Assembly: GCA_964423265.1 (NCBI GenBank)
Contig: CAYREF010000003.1
Coordinates: 1,912 to 65,911 of the forward strand
Source: an uncultured Actinomycetota bacterium
Lineage (GTDB): Bacteria; Actinomycetota; Humimicrobiia; Humimicrobiales; Humimicrobiaceae
DNA: 64,000 bases
Direction of reading: 5' to 3'
Numbering within the stretch: the stretch's first letter is position 1; each line of letters begins with the position of its first letter. The position numbers and the translations under genes were made by a program. Below are positions 60,654 through 64,000 of this stretch, one piece after another. A model generated the notes under the pieces. It saw only the letters and a program-made list of their open reading frames with translations, ran no database searches and was not told where the DNA came from.

Positions 60654-61214
60654 ATGATAACCACCAATGATTTAAAAAACGGCATGACTATAGAATATGA
60701 AGGCGAATTATATAAAATATTGTTTTTCCAGCATGTGAAACCTGGAAAAGGTAAGGCCTTCGTTAAAACTAAATTGAAAAATTTAGACACAGGTTCTACA
60801 ATTGAAAAGACTTTCAGGGCTGGGGAAAAGGTAAAACAGGCAATACTGGATTTTAAAAATATGCAATTTCTATATAAAGATGTGCACTATATATTCATGG
60901 ATACAAATACTTATGAACAGATACCAATAAGTGAAAATAATATCGGAGACAAGAAAGATTTTTTAAAAGAAAATATGGAAGTAAATGTTGCTTTTTATGA
61001 AGGCAGGCCGGTATCAATAGATCTGCCTATATTTATAGAAGCAGAAATTGTAAAAACCCAGCCTGGCGTTAAAGGGGATACAGTAGGTTCTTCCTATAAG
61101 CCGGCTAAAATAGAGACTGGAGCAAACATACAAGTACCATTATTTATAAATGAAAACGATATAATCAAAGTGGATACAAGATCTGGTGAATATATTACCA
61201 GGGTTAGCAAGTAA
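60654..61214 (+). CDS. efp: Elongation factor P
   Basis: [40 protein letters not shown], including the KPGKG loop. Confidence 0.95.
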   Translation: MITTNDLKNGMTIEYEGELYKILFFQHVKPGKGKAFVKTKLKNLDTGSTIEKTFRAGEKVKQAILDFKNMQFLYKDVHYIFMDTNTYEQIPISENNIGDKKDFLKENMEVNVAFYEGRPVSIDLPIFIEAEIVKTQPGVKGDTVGSSYKPAKIETGANIQVPLFINENDIIKVDTRSGEYITRVSK

Positions 61215-61216
61215 TT

Positions 61217-61624
61217 ATGAAAAAGGTATCTAGAAGAGAAAGCAGGGAAAAAGCAATAATTATATTATACCAAAGTGATTTAATGGGGAAAAATGCAACT
61301 GATATAGTAAGAAATGAATTACTTTTGGGAAATGAAATTGGTGAATTTTCCATAAAGTTGATAAAAGGTGTGCATGGAAAAAAGAAGGAAATTGATAATA
61401 TAATAGGAAAGGTTGTAAAAAACTGGTCTTTAGACCGGATAGCTATAATTGACAGAAATATATTAAGGGTAGCCATTTATGAGATGTATTATATGGATGA
61501 CATACCGTTAAAGGTGTCTGTAGACGAGGCTATTGAGATTGCAAAAGTTCTCGGCCAGAAGGATGATACCCCTAAATTTGTAAATGGCATATTAGGAAAG
61601 ATATTGGAAGATTTAAATTCCTGA
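61217..61624 (+). CDS. nusB: Transcription antitermination factor NusB
   Basis: SRRESREKAIIILYQ...; 135 aa. Confidence 0.9.
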   Translation: MKKVSRRESREKAIIILYQSDLMGKNATDIVRNELLLGNEIGEFSIKLIKGVHGKKKEIDNIIGKVVKNWSLDRIAIIDRNILRVAIYEMYYMDDIPLKVSVDEAIEIAKVLGQKDDTPKFVNGILGKILEDLNS

Positions 61625-61648
61625 AAGTAATTTGCCCGCCAATAAATT

Positions 61649-62518
61649 ATGTATCCAAATTATTTAGTTGAAAAATTTAATTCATATTTATATACAACAC
61701 TTAAAGACTATAAAAATGCGCCCAAAGTTTTAAGAGATGCTATTTACTATTGTATAAAAAGTGGGGGTAAAAGGTTTAGGCCTGTATTATGCATGCTAAC
61801 GGCCATTACCATGAATAAAAATTTTAGGGAAGTATTTCCAACAGCATGTGCTATTGAATTTATCCATTCTTATTCACTAATACACGATGATCTTCCTTCT
61901 ATAGACAATGATGATCTCAGGAGGGGTAAGCCCACGTGCCATAAGGTATTCGGCGAAGATATTGCCATATTAACAGGAGACGCCCTATTTGCTGAAGCTT
62001 TTAATATTATAATTAAATATCAGGATATAGATCCTGATATTAAAATGGAAATTATCAGTGAAATAGGAGAAGCTTCAGGGGCTAAGGGTATGGTGGCAGG
62101 GCAGGTAATAGACGTTTTTTATACAGGAAAAAAACTTTCAAAAAAACAGCTGGAAATTATGCATAACAATAAAACAGGAAAATTGATATCAGCTTCTATA
62201 AAGTGTGCTGCCCTTATATGTAGGGCTAACCCAAAAACCATTAGCAAATTGGTAAGTTTCTCTAAAAATATTGGACTGGTTTTCCAGATTACTGATGATA
62301 TTCTAGATATAACTTCTGACGAGAAAATACTGGGAAAGGCAGTGGGAAAGGATAAGATATTAAATAAAAATACTTTTCCCAAGATATGGGGGCTGGAAAA
62401 ATCAAAAAAAATAGCCCGTAAAAAAGTCGAGGAAGCTATCGGGATGGTAGAGGAAATGGATATAAATGTTAAGCCTTTGGTAGACATTGCTAAGTTTTTG
62501 ATAGAAAGGAAGGCGTAG
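61649..62518 (+). CDS. ispA: Polyprenyl diphosphate synthase (FPP/GGPP synthase)
   Basis: First DDxxD motif (LIHDDLPSIDNDDLRRGKPT) and second motif (QITDDILD). Confidence 0.85.
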   Translation: MYPNYLVEKFNSYLYTTLKDYKNAPKVLRDAIYYCIKSGGKRFRPVLCMLTAITMNKNFREVFPTACAIEFIHSYSLIHDDLPSIDNDDLRRGKPTCHKVFGEDIAILTGDALFAEAFNIIIKYQDIDPDIKMEIISEIGEASGAKGMVAGQVIDVFYTGKKLSKKQLEIMHNNKTGKLISASIKCAALICRANPKTISKLVSFSKNIGLVFQITDDILDITSDEKILGKAVGKDKILNKNTFPKIWGLEKSKKIARKKVEEAIGMVEEMDINVKPLVDIAKFLIERKA

Positions 62519-62565
62519 ACATAAAAAAAGAGAAACTTATCGATTTAATATTAGAAAAAAAAATT

Positions 62566-63345
62566 GTGAATAACAGAAAACTTGCAAAAGCCCTTATAAT
62601 TGAAGGGAAAGTAAGGGTGGAAAACAAAGCGGTGGACAAACCCGGAGCCTTGATTTCTGCTGGAGCAGACATTGATGTAAACTTGGACAATTCTTATGTA
62701 TCCAGGGGAGGCACAAAGCTGGAAGGCTGCTTTAAAGATTTCAATTTATCTGCAGAAGATGTAGATGCGGCAGATGTGGGCTCTTCTACAGGAGGATTTA
62801 CAGATTTTCTCCTTAGGAAAGGAGCAAAAAAGGTAATAGCTATTGATGTAGGGTATGGGCAGCTTTCCTGGAAGCTCAGGCAATCACCTCAGGTGTTCGT
62901 GTTTGAAAGAACAAATATCAGATACCTGGATATAGAGAAATTGCCTTTTTATTCTGATCTTACAGTAGTAGATGTGTCTTTTATATCTATTAAAAAAATA
63001 TTTCAAAAAATACTTGACATTACCAAGCAGGGTAAAAAAATATTATTATTAGTAAAACCACAATTTGAATTAAAAAAAGAAGAAGTACAGGAGAAAGGCA
63101 TTATAACGGACAGTGGCCTCCATGGCCGGGTTTTAAAAAGGATGACCATATTTTTTAACCGTTTTCCTGTTACGGTAGAGGGCATTACTTTTTCAAAAAT
63201 AAAGGGAACAAAGGGTAATATAGAATATTGGATTTATTTAACAAAATCAGTAAAAGGAAAAGAAAATATCAAATATTATGATAAAATGATTAATGATGTA
63301 GTGGAGAAATCACATTGTTTTTTCAATAAAAGGGAAAGAGGATAA
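62566..63345 (+). CDS. tlyA: TlyA-family rRNA 2'-O-methyltransferase (S4 plus FtsJ-like)
   Basis: [10 protein letters not shown]...[31 protein letters not shown]. The GTG start at 62566 truncates the S4 domain; the frame is open upstream to 62494. Confidence 0.8.
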   Translation: MNNRKLAKALIIEGKVRVENKAVDKPGALISAGADIDVNLDNSYVSRGGTKLEGCFKDFNLSAEDVDAADVGSSTGGFTDFLLRKGAKKVIAIDVGYGQLSWKLRQSPQVFVFERTNIRYLDIEKLPFYSDLTVVDVSFISIKKIFQKILDITKQGKKILLLVKPQFELKKEEVQEKGIITDSGLHGRVLKRMTIFFNRFPVTVEGITFSKIKGTKGNIEYWIYLTKSVKGKENIKYYDKMINDVVEKSHCFFNKRERG

Positions 63346-64000
63346 TGGCAAAAAAAATAGGCATAGTATCCAATAACCAAAAAGAAAAAGCTATTGAAAC
63401 GGCCAAAGAGATACATGATTTCTTGGTAAAAAAAGATTGTAGTGTATCGCTATTAAAAAAAGATGTTATGCCCAGCAAATATTCTTTAAGCAGCATAGGA
63501 GATAAAGAATTCGAAGAAAAGGTAGACTATATAATATCTGTTGGTGGTGACGGCACTTTTTTAAGGGCAGCAAAATATGCTTTTAAAAGGGAAGTCCCCA
63601 TTATGGGCGTAAATATGGGGAATTTGGGTTTTTTAGCAGAAATAGAAACCAAAAAGCTATACACTGCTTTAGAAAATTTACTAAAAGAAGAATTTATAAT
63701 AGAAAACCGAATGCTAATTGAGGGGAGAATAATTAGGAATGGCAAAGAGCTGGAAAAAAGAAGCCTTCCCTATGTTGCCCTTAATGAATTTGTGGTTACC
63801 AGATCAATGACTGAGAAAATAATTAAAATAAGCTTAACTGCAAACGGCTATCCTGTATCTGAATTCGGGGCTGATGGATTAATAATTTCAACGCCCACAG
63901 GATCTACTGCTTATTCATTGTCGGCTGGGGGGCCGGTTGTTGAGCCTACTAATGAAGTTTTGATAATAACTCCAATATGTCCCCATACCCTATATAATAG
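63345..64000 (+). CDS. nadK: NAD kinase, 5' part (runs off the window end)
   Basis: [10 protein letters not shown]...[10 protein letters not shown]...GNLGFL...NEFVV...[21 protein letters not shown]. The ATG overlaps the tlyA stop (TAATG). Confidence 0.8.
   Translation, partial: MAKKIGIVSNNQKEKAIETAKEIHDFLVKKDCSVSLLKKDVMPSKYSLSSIGDKEFEEKVDYIISVGGDGTFLRAAKYAFKREVPIMGVNMGNLGFLAEIETKKLYTALENLLKEEFIIENRMLIEGRIIRNGKELEKRSLPYVALNEFVVTRSMTEKIIKISLTANGYPVSEFGADGLIISTPTGSTAYSLSAGGPVVEPTNEVLIITPICPHTLYN

Overview
AT-rich bacterial chromosomal window with dense coding, almost entirely on the + strand after about 6.9 kb. The backbone is housekeeping genes in a Bacillus/Clostridia-like order: pdxS-pdxT-yebC-ruvC-ruvA-ruvB-queA-tgt-yajC-secD-secF-recJ-relA-MBL-hisS-aspS, then alaS-ruvX-mltG-trmR-like-U32, then acylphosphatase-aroE, aroC-aroK-aroB-aroQ, pepP-efp-nusB-ispA-tlyA-nadK (partial). 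The left 6.8 kb (minus strand) carries [NiFe]-hydrogenase maturation genes hypF-hypC-hypD (hypD partial at the window edge), an orphan ribbon-helix-helix (RHH) gene, a membrane-anchored Ig-like/CBM9 protein and a divergent EF-G paralogue. Two accessory blocks interrupt the backbone. (1) A ~13.5-kb sugar-acid catabolic island sits between aspS and alaS. It contains duplicated DHDPS-family aldolases, 2-hydroxyacid dehydrogenases and aldehyde dehydrogenases, plus a cupin, an FGGY kinase, an SDR, an AraA/FucI-like isomerase, two tandem GntR paralogues sharing identical DNA blocks, and a decayed ABC-ATPase TOBE-domain remnant. It ends in a DHDPS-family enzyme with a unique Cys-rich C-terminal tail and an encapsulation-peptide-like tail, followed 20 bp later by a solitary PduA/EutM-type bacterial microcompartment (BMC) shell gene. 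This aldolase plus lone-shell-protein module is the most unusual feature of the window. (2) A type IV pilus cluster (pilT-pilC-pilA-pilD-pilM-pilN-pilO, a PilP-like lipoprotein, then two pseudopilins and a PilX-like protein) is interleaved with the shikimate genes; no PilB or secretin is in the window. No rRNA, tRNA, CRISPR array, integrase or transposase was recognised. TTG/GTG initiation codons are frequent.
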